A stretch of 64,000 nucleotides of DNA from an uncultured bacterium (GTDB taxonomy: Bacteria > Babelota > Babeliae > Babelales > Babelaceae). The notes under the pieces were generated by a model. The model worked only from the letters and a program-made list of their open reading frames with translations. It was not told the DNA's origin and did not search any database. Made by a program: the position numbers and the translations under genes. The stretch is taken from assembly GCA_963848965.1 (NCBI GenBank), contig CAWKFG010000004.1, positions 576,001-640,000 on the forward strand, given 5' to 3'. Shown here one piece after another: positions 29,887-39,673 of this stretch. Every line of letters begins with the position of its first letter. Position 1 is the stretch's first letter.

Positions 29887-30573
29887 TTATGTAGAGCCAG
29901 CACTTTCATCAGATGGAGCAGTTTCTTGAGCAAAGCTCGTAGTTTTTGAGAGCCACATAAGCTGTAGGTCAAGTATCTCTTCTTCTGAAAGCTGCCATGG
30001 TATTTGCGAACGTCGTAGTCGCTGTACAGTTTCATACAAACAAATGGCAACACTCACCGATATATTAAAGCTTTCAGTAAAGCCGTACATCGGAATTTTA
30101 GCAAAAAGATCTGCATGCTCAAGAGCATAGTGGCTCAATCCTTCTTGTTCAGTACCAAAAACAAGCGCTACTTTTTGAGTAAGCGGAAGTTCACTGATTA
30201 AAAGATCGTTTTTATGAGGCGTTGTTGCAACAATCTTATATCCTTCTTTTTTAAGCGCATCAAAACAGACTGCTGTATTATTAGTTTCTTTCTGATTATA
30301 ACGCTTGATAGTAAGCCATTGCGCCGCTCCTTTAGCTACGCTCTCATGAACATTAAATGTATGCTTTTGTTCAACGATATGCACATCTTGGACACCAAAG
30401 CAATCACACGAGCGCAAAGCAGCACTTGTATTATGTGCCTGAAAGATATCTTCAAGCACTACCGTTACATACCGAGTTCGCTCTTGTGCGTTTTTTTCTA
30501 TTTTTTCTCTGCGTGAAGATGTAAGGCGCTGTGCAAACTGATTAAAAAGCTCTTTTTTACGAGTAAGATCCAT
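29887..30573 (-). CDS. trmH: TrmH-family tRNA 2'-O-methyltransferase
   Basis: HNTSAALRSCDCFG, FGTEQEG, SFNISVS. Confidence 0.85.
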   Translation of the reverse strand: MDLTRKKELFNQFAQRLTSSRREKIEKNAQERTRYVTVVLEDIFQAHNTSAALRSCDCFGVQDVHIVEQKHTFNVHESVAKGAAQWLTIKRYNQKETNNTAVCFDALKKEGYKIVATTPHKNDLLISELPLTQKVALVFGTEQEGLSHYALEHADLFAKIPMYGFTESFNISVSVAICLYETVQRLRRSQIPWQLSEEEILDLQLMWLSKTTSFAQETAPSDESAGST

Positions 30574-30699
30574 ATATATGCCTAAAATTTAAATAAAAAA
30601 TCATAAACATATCTAATGTACCAGTGTACAAACTTTCTGTATAGAATCCGATAATTCTAAAATAGCATAGAATCTCATTCAAATAGCAGGACGGCTGAA

Positions 30700-30770
30700 C
30701 TTGGTCTATATCCTGAGATTGCTCAGGAGTTCTCAAGAAGCTCACATCTCTTTAGGCAGAAGCAGCTCAC
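30700..30770 (+). ncRNA. Orphan IS200/IS605 right end / TnpB omega-RNA scaffold-like sequence
   Basis: Aligns to 62856-62925 with compensatory stem changes; ends GCTCAC; no adjacent tnpB. Confidence 0.65.
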
Positions 30771-32002
30771 TCAGAAATTTGTTGCCACAAGGAATTAATA
30801 GGTAATGCAAAAAGATTTTCACCAAATGGTATATATTGAGAACCGTTATATAGGACAATCCCTTTAATGAACTTCTTCTTCGCTTTTTCCTGTAAATATT
30901 TTAACCCTTTAAAATCTTGCGGAACCACTGTTTCACTATTTTTTACCTCTATGCCTACTATATATCCTGAACGATTCTCTAAAACAATATCGACTTCTTC
31001 ACCACTAAGAGCTCTAAAATGGTAAAGCTGTACCCTTATCTTACTCCAGGTCATCTGCTTTTTTAATTCATTAACTACAAAGTTTTCAAGTAGTTTTCCT
31101 GCAACACTATCTATTAAGACCTTTTCAAGAGTAACATCAAGCAAATAGGATAAAAGCCCAGAATCAATCAAATAAACTTTGGGAGATTTCATAAACCGTA
31201 TGGTAAAATTTGCGCTCCATGCTTGAACAAGATTAACAATGAAAATGGCTTCTAATAATGCCAGATACCGATGCACAGTCATAGTAACGATTTTAATATC
31301 TCGTGCAATTTCGGCTACATTTAAAAGATTTGAAGTTCTGTGAGATAAAATATTTAACAGCTTAGGAAATTCAGTTAGTTTCTCTATACTAGCCAGATCT
31401 TTAACATCCTTTTGTAATAATAGGTTTAAATAATTATACATCCATGCTTCAGATGATTCTTCATCCGTTTTCTGTACTGCAGGATACCCTCCTGTAATAA
31501 TTCTTTTGTACAGATTTTCTTTAGATAACTTTTCCTTAGGCGATCTAAGCTGTTTATCGTTAAATAGTGTTTCAATAAATAGTTCATCATGGTTATATAT
31601 TTCGCCCTGTGATAAAGGCATAAGATCAATGACTTCCAACCTGCCAGCAAGTGAATCACCAAGTCGAGGAATAAGTAATGGATTTGCTGACCCAGTAAGA
31701 AGATACCTTCCTGGTATACGATTTATATCTACATCCCTTTTAATAGCTAAAAAAATTTCTGGGACTCTTTGAATTTCGTCTATTATGACAGGTTTTTTTA
31801 AAGATAAAATAAATCCTGAAATATCACTTTTAGCAGCTAAATAAGTAATCTCATCATCAAATGTTACGTAATTATAATCTTTTTCTTGAACAAATTCTAA
31901 AGCAAGAGTTGTTTTACCAACTTGCCGAGCACCATTGATTAGAACCACTGGGCTACGATTTAATGCTTTACCTAAGATAGGCTTAATCTTTCTTTTAAAC
32001 AT
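30767..32002 (-). CDS. AAA+ ATPase with DUF4143/PD-(D/E)XK-like C-terminus
   Basis: GARQVGKTT, IDEIQ, LTGS, DSLAGR, GGYP, EVDIV..IEVK. Confidence 0.9.
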   Translation of the reverse strand: MFKRKIKPILGKALNRSPVVLINGARQVGKTTLALEFVQEKDYNYVTFDDEITYLAAKSDISGFILSLKKPVIIDEIQRVPEIFLAIKRDVDINRIPGRYLLTGSANPLLIPRLGDSLAGRLEVIDLMPLSQGEIYNHDELFIETLFNDKQLRSPKEKLSKENLYKRIITGGYPAVQKTDEESSEAWMYNYLNLLLQKDVKDLASIEKLTEFPKLLNILSHRTSNLLNVAEIARDIKIVTMTVHRYLALLEAIFIVNLVQAWSANFTIRFMKSPKVYLIDSGLLSYLLDVTLEKVLIDSVAGKLLENFVVNELKKQMTWSKIRVQLYHFRALSGEEVDIVLENRSGYIVGIEVKNSETVVPQDFKGLKYLQEKAKKKFIKGIVLYNGSQYIPFGENLFALPINSLWQQISE

Positions 32003-32295
32003 ATTCTAGAAGTTTTTCTCAAAAAGTAACAGTTGCTGTTATAAATTATAACAGTTGTTGTTATAATTTACAAGAAATACCATTAATCACGTGTGTAGTA
32101 CCTCAGGATCATAACAGGTTTTCTACTTCTTTTAATCAAAATTCATAGATCTTGGACAAAATTTACCATTTTTTATGCTCTTATACACCTTATAGTTAGC
32201 CGTTTTCTTCAACTGTTATCAAGAGAACAGACCTAGATTTATCATACTCAACATACTATACTACTTTTGGTACTTTCTAAAGGGGCTCTATAGTT

Positions 32296-33033
32296 ATGGC
32301 AGACAAAGTGACAATTTTCGTTCATGGTACACTCTTTCCTCTACTCAGACAGCTTGTACAAGCTTTTGACTGCCCTCTTGGCCTTATTCCTGCCGATACA
32401 CGTCCTAATAGGTATCTCTTAAGCCGTATTCCTTATATAATAAGTGAAGCAGCTCCGCAAAACTACCCCTTAAGCTCCTTTTATCTCTTTGGCTGGTCAG
32501 GAAAATTACGGGTACAAGCACGCATAAAAGCAGCTGAAGATCTGTATCTAAAAATTCGAGATCTTAAGGGTTCTCTTACTATCATAGGACACAGTCATGG
32601 AGCTACTGTTGCATTACTCCTTGCTTATATAGCACAAAAATATAATGATAAAAACTTTAAAGTTGATAAGCTTATTTTGCTTGCATGCCCTGTCCAAGAA
32701 GCAACTGCACTATATAGTACTTACCCAGTATTCAAAAAGATTTTTTCACTGTATTCTTCTACAGATCTTGTACAAATTGCTGATCCACAAGGCTTGTATA
32801 CTCCCCATACCTTATCCTTTTTTTCTCGAAGAACATTTAACCCTGCACCTCAACTTATACAAGCACGGGTTCTTATTAATGGACATAATCCTTATCATAT
32901 AACTTTTATGTTACAAAGATTTCTTAAAAAATTACCTGCTGTTATAGCACTTCTTGAAAAAATAAAAAACACACAGAAATTATATACTGTTAATATACCA
33001 ACTTCTGAAGAAAAACCATCAATGGTAGAGTAA
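32296..33033 (+). CDS. Alpha/beta hydrolase-fold protein
   Basis: FVHGT, GHSHG nucleophile elbow, LACPV. Confidence 0.75.
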   Translation: MADKVTIFVHGTLFPLLRQLVQAFDCPLGLIPADTRPNRYLLSRIPYIISEAAPQNYPLSSFYLFGWSGKLRVQARIKAAEDLYLKIRDLKGSLTIIGHSHGATVALLLAYIAQKYNDKNFKVDKLILLACPVQEATALYSTYPVFKKIFSLYSSTDLVQIADPQGLYTPHTLSFFSRRTFNPAPQLIQARVLINGHNPYHITFMLQRFLKKLPAVIALLEKIKNTQKLYTVNIPTSEEKPSMVE

Positions 33034-33136
33034 TCTATACATCTATAAAAATGACTTTATGTACACCTTTTGCTCACTCTTGTATTACTGTTTTCAAATA
33101 CGATATGATAAAAGAGAGGGAGAGAAAAGACGAGGC

Positions 33137-34090
33137 ATGAGCATGATAAAAGAGATACCGTTTATTCATATACTAGTACTACTTATTCTTGTAGTGGCAC
33201 CTATCCGTGCAGATAAAAGAAATACCTGGCACTATAGAAAGCGACCAGAGATTAAAAATGCTTTTTTTATTGGTCCTTTACCACAGGGGCCACTTACTGT
33301 GTTTGTTCATGGCACTAAAGAATCGCTTATCTCTCGACTCGTTCATCGTGTTAACTATCCTTGGGGTATTGTTCCTGCATCTTTGCAAGGAAAACATTCA
33401 ATACTAGGATGTATTCCTTCTATACTCCATCAAGCATGTCCAGAACAATTTCATATAAATTCATTTTATCTATATGGGTGGCATGGGCGTTTATGCTTTA
33501 AAGCACGTAAAAAAGCTGCATTAGTATTGTATAAAATACTCAAAGATCATCAAGGACCTATCACACTTATGGCTCATAGTCATGGATGCAATGTCGCTCT
33601 CAATATAGCACAGGTAGCAGAGCTTTATAAAGATAGGAATTTTAAAATAGACCGCTTAATACTGCTTGCCTGTCCTGTACAAGCAGTTACTGCATGTTAT
33701 GCAAAGTCACCAGTATTTAAGCGAGTATACTCGTTCTATTCAACGGGAGACCTTTTACAGATAGCAGATCCACAAAGAGTTTATCTTGAATCGAGGCTTC
33801 TTTGTAGAATCTTAAGGGCCCCCCTTCCTTTGTTTTCAGAACGACTCTTTCCTCCTTCACCCAATCTTATCCAAATACGTATATTACTTGATAAAAAGAG
33901 TCCAGGACATATTAACTTTTTGTTAAGTCGTTTTTTAAGAAAGCTTCCTGCAGTAATCTCATTAGTTGAAGGCGCTCATGCAACTACACAGCAAAGTCAC
34001 TTTATCGTAAATATACCTCGTTTTAATGGTATACCGCATCTTATAGACCGTAGTCAAATATGGTATATCCCACGTACTATTTGGCGCTAA
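33137..34090 (+). CDS. Secreted alpha/beta hydrolase-fold protein (paralog of 32296-33033)
   Basis: Signal ...APIRA, FVHGT, AHSHG, LACPV, QIADP. Confidence 0.75.
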   Translation: MSMIKEIPFIHILVLLILVVAPIRADKRNTWHYRKRPEIKNAFFIGPLPQGPLTVFVHGTKESLISRLVHRVNYPWGIVPASLQGKHSILGCIPSILHQACPEQFHINSFYLYGWHGRLCFKARKKAALVLYKILKDHQGPITLMAHSHGCNVALNIAQVAELYKDRNFKIDRLILLACPVQAVTACYAKSPVFKRVYSFYSTGDLLQIADPQRVYLESRLLCRILRAPLPLFSERLFPPSPNLIQIRILLDKKSPGHINFLLSRFLRKLPAVISLVEGAHATTQQSHFIVNIPRFNGIPHLIDRSQIWYIPRTIWR

Positions 34091-34093
34091 AGC

Positions 34094-35815
34094 TTATACA
34101 AGAAATTGCATACAATGTGAGCATAAATAACTTGATTGATAAGCAAGAGCTTCTTTACGGGTAAGAGAACGAGAGCACAAGGTACATTGTACTTGCTCTT
34201 CATCCGCTTGCTTAGAAGCAGCCTGTTCACATCCTAAGTCTAACATTGAATTATCACCAAAGATAGGTGATGAGGGAAGAGAAAGTAGTGGTTCAGAAGG
34301 AATGAAACCGAGAAGTTGCTCAAGACTCATATCTTTTGCCCACTCTGCTATACCATTTTTTGATTCACCAAGGCCTTTTTTATCAGACAACTCTTTTTCA
34401 TCTATGTTCTCACCTAAAAGCTGTAGTAATTCAATAAATGCAGACTCTTTTAAATTAATACTGTTATGAGCAGAATTAGAGACAACATAAAAACGTTCTT
34501 CTTGGTTTTTATTTATCACCACTGTTATCCAATGAAATGTAGTAAACAAGCAAACACAATATACACCTTTTGAATGGGGATCCTTCATCAATTCTTGCAA
34601 CTTGCTTAAGTTTTCGTTGAGCCCCTGTTCTACTTGCTCTTTGAGCGCCCCATAGGTAAGACGGTCTGCAAAAACAATAAAAAGATCTTTAAAGAGAGCA
34701 TCCGGTTCTACCTGAGTAAAATGGTGTACCAAAGAAGCTATCTCATCACTTGTAAGCAAATTTCCAACTTGACGTTCTTTTATTTTGTTCCATTCACTAT
34801 CTTCAAGCTCTACAGATCCTTTATCTCTTACTGTATGATCGTTTATTGCATTAGCTTCTCCACTTAAAAGGATCGATGTATTGCTTGATAGTTCTGCAAC
34901 TGAGTAAGGAGTAATAATAAAGCGCATCGCAGCTAATTGAGGAAAGTAAGCATTTATAGCATCGTCTGTAGAGAGTTGCTTATAATCAAACTTAGCTTCA
35001 TCTTCCGTTCCAGCATTACGCTTAACCTTATTTTCTATCACCTTCTTTAATATAAGGCGAATTTCATGCTCTGCCAATTGTACAGATTGAGCTTTTAACA
35101 AGCCATTACAAATACTATGATCAAGAAAGAACACTTCATTAAATTCCTTAAAAATAGAATCAAATTTCAAACGTTCTCTTACTCCATCGCTTATACATTC
35201 TGCTAAATAAGATTTCACGTTACCTATAACATGACGAAACGCCTCTATTACAGGATCTTGGTTTTCAAAAGCAACTGCACCCTCGTTAAAAGCAAGAGTA
35301 TATCCTCTCTCTACTTTTTGAGCACCCTTCAAACTCAGCAAAAGGCGATTACACACAAAATTTGCCAGCATTTTTCTTTTTCTAGCTTTAGCGATAATGT
35401 TTCTCCAAGCAGCTCTTCTGTCTAAACACATAACCTTTATTAAAGGCACGTTTGTTAACATAGTAGCAAGCGTAGAGCATGACTGTTGCCCTTTTAAAAA
35501 ATTGGCAATCGAAACACCATTTAACAGTGCTGTATAACCACAGCTTAAATCCTCTTGAGAAGCGGTAAATTGATCTGTAACTCTTATCTGTACCGCATTG
35601 TTATGCTGATCAAGAAAAAGATTGTTTCTCTTAAATTCTTCTACCGCAGCTGCCAGAGATAAGTGCACTGTACCAGCAGGTTCTTCATGAGATGATTTCT
35701 GCGGCTCTATTTCAATAACTTCTTCTATTTTACGCTTACGAGACTCCTTTTCAACTTCCATACCATACACAGGAAGAGTTAAAAAGAGTATACCGAGTAT
35801 CTTATTTACATTCAT
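34094..35815 (-). CDS. Secreted putative papain-fold Cys protease with C-terminal zinc finger
   Basis: PVYG|ME, RKRK, QEDLSCGY...FHWITV...VSNS, CxxC-x17-CxxC tail. Confidence 0.6.
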   Translation of the reverse strand: MNVNKILGILFLTLPVYGMEVEKESRKRKIEEVIEIEPQKSSHEEPAGTVHLSLAAAVEEFKRNNLFLDQHNNAVQIRVTDQFTASQEDLSCGYTALLNGVSIANFLKGQQSCSTLATMLTNVPLIKVMCLDRRAAWRNIIAKARKRKMLANFVCNRLLLSLKGAQKVERGYTLAFNEGAVAFENQDPVIEAFRHVIGNVKSYLAECISDGVRERLKFDSIFKEFNEVFFLDHSICNGLLKAQSVQLAEHEIRLILKKVIENKVKRNAGTEDEAKFDYKQLSTDDAINAYFPQLAAMRFIITPYSVAELSSNTSILLSGEANAINDHTVRDKGSVELEDSEWNKIKERQVGNLLTSDEIASLVHHFTQVEPDALFKDLFIVFADRLTYGALKEQVEQGLNENLSKLQELMKDPHSKGVYCVCLFTTFHWITVVINKNQEERFYVVSNSAHNSINLKESAFIELLQLLGENIDEKELSDKKGLGESKNGIAEWAKDMSLEQLLGFIPSEPLLSLPSSPIFGDNSMLDLGCEQAASKQADEEQVQCTLCSRSLTRKEALAYQSSYLCSHCMQFLV

Positions 35816-35941
35816 TGACAAACTCCTATAATCTACTTCACCAGCGGCAAAGTACTCAGAAAGCAAATTTAACATGTATAATAGTATTATCTAATAAGGC
35901 AAAATTGTCAAGAAGGCCACTTAGTCAAAGTATATGATTTA

Positions 35942-36613
35942 CTAATTTGCAAACTTCTGCGAGTCCACGTTTGCACACGTGCCCTCCTGTTGCACTTCTA
36001 ATGGGTTACGCATTACCGCTTGCGACTGTTGAGGAACACATACTGAAAGGCGATTAATAATAGCCTCAATCGCAAGTGCTTTATTATGCTTTAAAATACG
36101 GTCATAGCGAGTTAAACTAGCATAAAGATCTTTTATACCTGAACAACAGGTAACTGCTCCAATACTTGCTAAAAGCCATTTTACTATGAGAGAACCATAC
36201 GTATGGTTCTCTAAAATAGTTACAGTCGTAGGAGCTGTAGATTCTGCTCCTTCTGCTGCCGGAACTTCGGAAGAGACCGTATGAGCAACAGAAAAGGTAC
36301 CTGCTTTAAAAAACTGGCGGCTCATGAGTGCAGCAGCCGCTCCTAACACAAGCTTAAAACTTCCTTTCAGCAAACGAACACTGTCAGAAAGGGTAAACTG
36401 CTTTTGCATCTCTCCATAAGTCTTATTGGTATTATCACATGCAAGCTTTACATATTTGGACTTATCATCTAAGCACAAAATAAAGTGCGGGATAAACAAT
36501 CTTTGCAATTTAGATGGCTCTCCATCATTAATTGCCTCTTCAATAGGATCATAAATACCTACTATTCGCACACTATATGCTATTATTAATCCCACTAATA
36601 CGATTCTTTTCAT
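35942..36613 (-). CDS. Secreted membrane protein, local paralog family A
   Basis: Signal, PIEEAI..GEPSKL, two hydrophobic segments, KALAIE. Confidence 0.7.
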   Translation of the reverse strand: MKRIVLVGLIIAYSVRIVGIYDPIEEAINDGEPSKLQRLFIPHFILCLDDKSKYVKLACDNTNKTYGEMQKQFTLSDSVRLLKGSFKLVLGAAAALMSRQFFKAGTFSVAHTVSSEVPAAEGAESTAPTTVTILENHTYGSLIVKWLLASIGAVTCCSGIKDLYASLTRYDRILKHNKALAIEAIINRLSVCVPQQSQAVMRNPLEVQQEGTCANVDSQKFAN

Positions 36614-36706
36614 CGGTTGCTTCCTTCTCATATACTCAAAGGTATAGAATGCCCTACCTCTTTAATGTACACCTGAAACCTCTTAGAAAGCAACCATGAA
36701 CACATA

Positions 36707-36732
36707 AAAAAAGCCCCTGCTTATGCAGGGGC
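36707..36732 (-). terminator. Terminator after the Nudix gene
   Basis: GCCCCTGC-ttat-GCAGGGGC plus A6. Confidence 0.75.
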
Positions 36733-36742
36733 ATCTTTACTT

Positions 36743-37468
36743 TTAATATGGATAAAAGCGTATTTTAGGACTTTTACCAAGTGTATAATTATGAGTTCCT
36801 TTAAAGAAGGATTGCATACTGCTTACAAATACAGGCCGTAATGGAATATATGCTTTATGCTTTTTACCATTAGGCTCTACTACTTGTGCAGCTACATATA
36901 TAGGCGCAATAATTCTATTGTTACTATCACGACGAGCATTTGCTACCGTATGCTCAAGATCAGTCCAACGGACCCAAGCAAGTTTATCTTTTTCTTTACT
37001 TGACCATTTACGTGCCTTACTACGCGCTGAATAAAATCGCTTTGTTAATGTTTCTAAGCTTCTTGGATGAAACTTAGTCACATACACAGCAAAACGCTTA
37101 TTCACCTGTGCAACAACGGTATGAGTATTTCCACTATTTACATCAATATGCTTTTTAAGCTGATGCGGGCTACCTAATACAAATGCGCTCTCTTCTGCAC
37201 ATTCTCTACTTGCTGTTTCAACAGGATGATTCTCTCCTGGGTCTCTGCTGCCACCAAATGCATCGTAGGTCCCTTTGTCTCTTCCTCCAGCTTCCCGTGA
37301 TAAAAGGAAGTATGCTTGACCTTTAGGCTTTGCTTGCCATCGAGTATACGGCAATACCGAAGCACCCATAAAATTAAATGAACTCAAAGCCGGTGCTGCT
37401 TCTACTGCAGATACCATAATACCTGCTATAAGCGCAAGCACATTGAGCTTACTATACCATAATTTCAT
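36743..37468 (-). CDS. Secreted Nudix hydrolase
   Basis: Signal ..AVEA, Nudix box GGSRDPGENHPVETASRECAEES. Confidence 0.8.
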   Translation of the reverse strand: MKLWYSKLNVLALIAGIMVSAVEAAPALSSFNFMGASVLPYTRWQAKPKGQAYFLLSREAGGRDKGTYDAFGGSRDPGENHPVETASRECAEESAFVLGSPHQLKKHIDVNSGNTHTVVAQVNKRFAVYVTKFHPRSLETLTKRFYSARSKARKWSSKEKDKLAWVRWTDLEHTVANARRDSNNRIIAPIYVAAQVVEPNGKKHKAYIPLRPVFVSSMQSFFKGTHNYTLGKSPKIRFYPY

Positions 37469-37674
37469 TATTAACCTTTCTATGTGCGTGATATTTAGCG
37501 ATAATTATATATTTAATAATATAGAATATATAGTATAATTGCCAAATAATCAATAGCAATAGAGGGAGGGTTATTTCAGTGCCCACTTTTATTTAAGTGG
37601 CGCTTCTTCGCCTTAAAGAGATGGTTCTTAATTTCTCTATTTTGTTTCCGGAGTGACTTTCTCTCTCCAATGAA

Positions 37675-39049
37675 TTGAAGAGCATCAATGAAGATGCAGG
37701 TGAGATTCGTAGATCATATGCCAATCAAGGTTAAAAGACTTTGATTGCAAGACTACAGGGCTAGCCACATGCCCACTACTCTCATTACTAAGAGATACAT
37801 ACTTCTTGAGTATATTTAACGCTCCATTACAATCTGCCTGCATTTGCCATCCACACGTACACTTATACCATCCTCTTCCTTTTCTTTGGCTCTTGGACAC
37901 CTTACCGCAAGCGTAACAAGTTTTAGAAGTATAAGCTTCATTTACAGTTATCACTTTTATGCCTAAGCAAGCGGCTTTATACGTAATCATATGCTTTATC
38001 TTTGCATAAGCCCATGCATGTAAACGCTGATTAAGGCGATGGCCCCAATCGATACGTTCTCTTATACCGGTAACGTCTCCTACTACTATAGTATCAACAC
38101 TTGAATTATAGCACTGCATAACAAAATGCTTTGTAATCATATGAAGCATATGGTCTATCTGCCCCTCTTCTTTATGCGCAACTTGAGCGAACCTTTTACT
38201 CTTTCTTTTGCCTTTAGAAGGAGGTTTTAGGCTTGCTCTTACTTTTTGCCAATACCTACGGATAGACTTTACGAACATGCCTTTATAGAGCAGAGCTGTA
38301 CCATCATCAAAGACTGCTGTAATTAAATAAGTCTCACCGAGATCTACAGCTACTGTACGAGAGCCAAGAGGTTGACAAGCGTTAATGTAAACCACTAGAT
38401 GGGCACAGAGTCCATTATTTTTATCGTAAGTGAGTACTACATTAATAACTTTTGTAAACGTAATATCTTTACGCATGGCAAGCTTAAGGTCTAGATGCTT
38501 AATGCCATCATCTCGCTTTGTACCTAAGCTTATAGTAAGTACATCATCTTCTAAGGTAAAACCAAAACCATTATGGTAACGTAAAGGAGAATAAGAATTT
38601 TTAGGACGAAAGCTAGGTTGTTGATGCTGAGTATATCCTTTAGCCTTAAGAGCCATAAAACTTTTATGTGCTTGAATAACCTCATCACGAGTAGCTTGTG
38701 TAGAATGAGAATAGTAAGCCTTGCAGGCAGGCAAGAGCTTAAGACAAGCATTGAGATCTTTACGGCTAGGCTTACAATTACCTTGACGGATATGCCAAAG
38801 GAGACCATTGTATACCTTAGTAGCATACCACAGAGCTCCCTTTACTATGCACTCAGTATAAGCATTTGTTTCTATCTTTGCTACAATAGTTAATAAAGGC
38901 ATAACTTTCTCCTCAATCTTTAGTATAACTTAAGAGCGAGTTCTTGCAACTGCCTTGCGCCTGGAAGGCGCTCGCCTTGCCTGTCCGCCATAACTTTAGT
39001 GAAGGCTGGATATCTCCCCTATAAATAGAGGTGGATTACGGCAAATTCT
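37675..39049 (-). mobile_element. Non-autonomous IS200/IS605 (tnpB-only) element
   Basis: Left-end hairpin about 39010-39042 after TTTAG (39050-39054); right end TTCAA at 37675-37679; no tnpA. Confidence 0.7.
37685..38902 (-). CDS. tnpB: TnpB RNA-guided endonuclease with rearranged RuvC-II
   Basis: VDLG, IVVGDV, VNEAYTSK, CxxC..CxC, ADCNGALNI. Confidence 0.92.
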   Translation of the reverse strand: MPLLTIVAKIETNAYTECIVKGALWYATKVYNGLLWHIRQGNCKPSRKDLNACLKLLPACKAYYSHSTQATRDEVIQAHKSFMALKAKGYTQHQQPSFRPKNSYSPLRYHNGFGFTLEDDVLTISLGTKRDDGIKHLDLKLAMRKDITFTKVINVVLTYDKNNGLCAHLVVYINACQPLGSRTVAVDLGETYLITAVFDDGTALLYKGMFVKSIRRYWQKVRASLKPPSKGKRKSKRFAQVAHKEEGQIDHMLHMITKHFVMQCYNSSVDTIVVGDVTGIRERIDWGHRLNQRLHAWAYAKIKHMITYKAACLGIKVITVNEAYTSKTCYACGKVSKSQRKGRGWYKCTCGWQMQADCNGALNILKKYVSLSNESSGHVASPVVLQSKSFNLDWHMIYESHLHLH

Positions 39050-39156
39050 CTAAAGCGAACATGTTTACCTTTACCTTGAACTTCAGATTCTGCTCTGAAA
39101 GGTAAGAGCTCTCCTAGCCAGCACTTCTTATCTTTGCTAAAGCTAGGAGAGGCAGC

Positions 39157-39655
39157 TTAAGTTTCTTTTGTTGGCATACGTTCAAGCAAATGCTCAAGAG
39201 CTATGGCTTTGTAGTATGCAGTAAAGCGGAAATGCTTTGTGAACACTTTGTACAGTTCTCGTATACCGAGCACAGTAAGTGTAACACCGCCCAAGCTTAT
39301 GCAAAAGCTGACGCGTTCTTCATGTAGAGTAGAATAAGAGTTTTTTATAAGGTACGCCATTGCTAGCGAAAGAAGACCGGAAGTCGTAAGAGCAAGGCCT
39401 CGCAAGCAGGGTATAAGTTCTTGTTTAGTAAATGGGCCAGTGTAAGTTAAGAGAAAGAGTGTTTACGAGTATATGTGCTTGTTCAAGATAGCGCTTTTTT
39501 TCTTTGGCAGAGAGTATTCCTTTTTGCGAAAGATAGGCAAAAAGTTTTTCTGGTTGGTTCTTGTGTAATGCCTCTTCTAGAGGATGAGCATAAAAACCAA
39601 AATTTAAAAAATGAGAGGATAAAGCGAGTATGAGAAAGAAAAATCGATAATTCAT
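39157..39655 (-). pseudogene. Frameshifted member of paralog family A
   Basis: HPLEEAL..QPEKL N-half joins PFTKQELIPCLRG...YYKAIALE C-half via a frameshift near 39435-39440. Confidence 0.75.
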
Positions 39656-39673
39656 AGTATTTTCCCTTATAGG

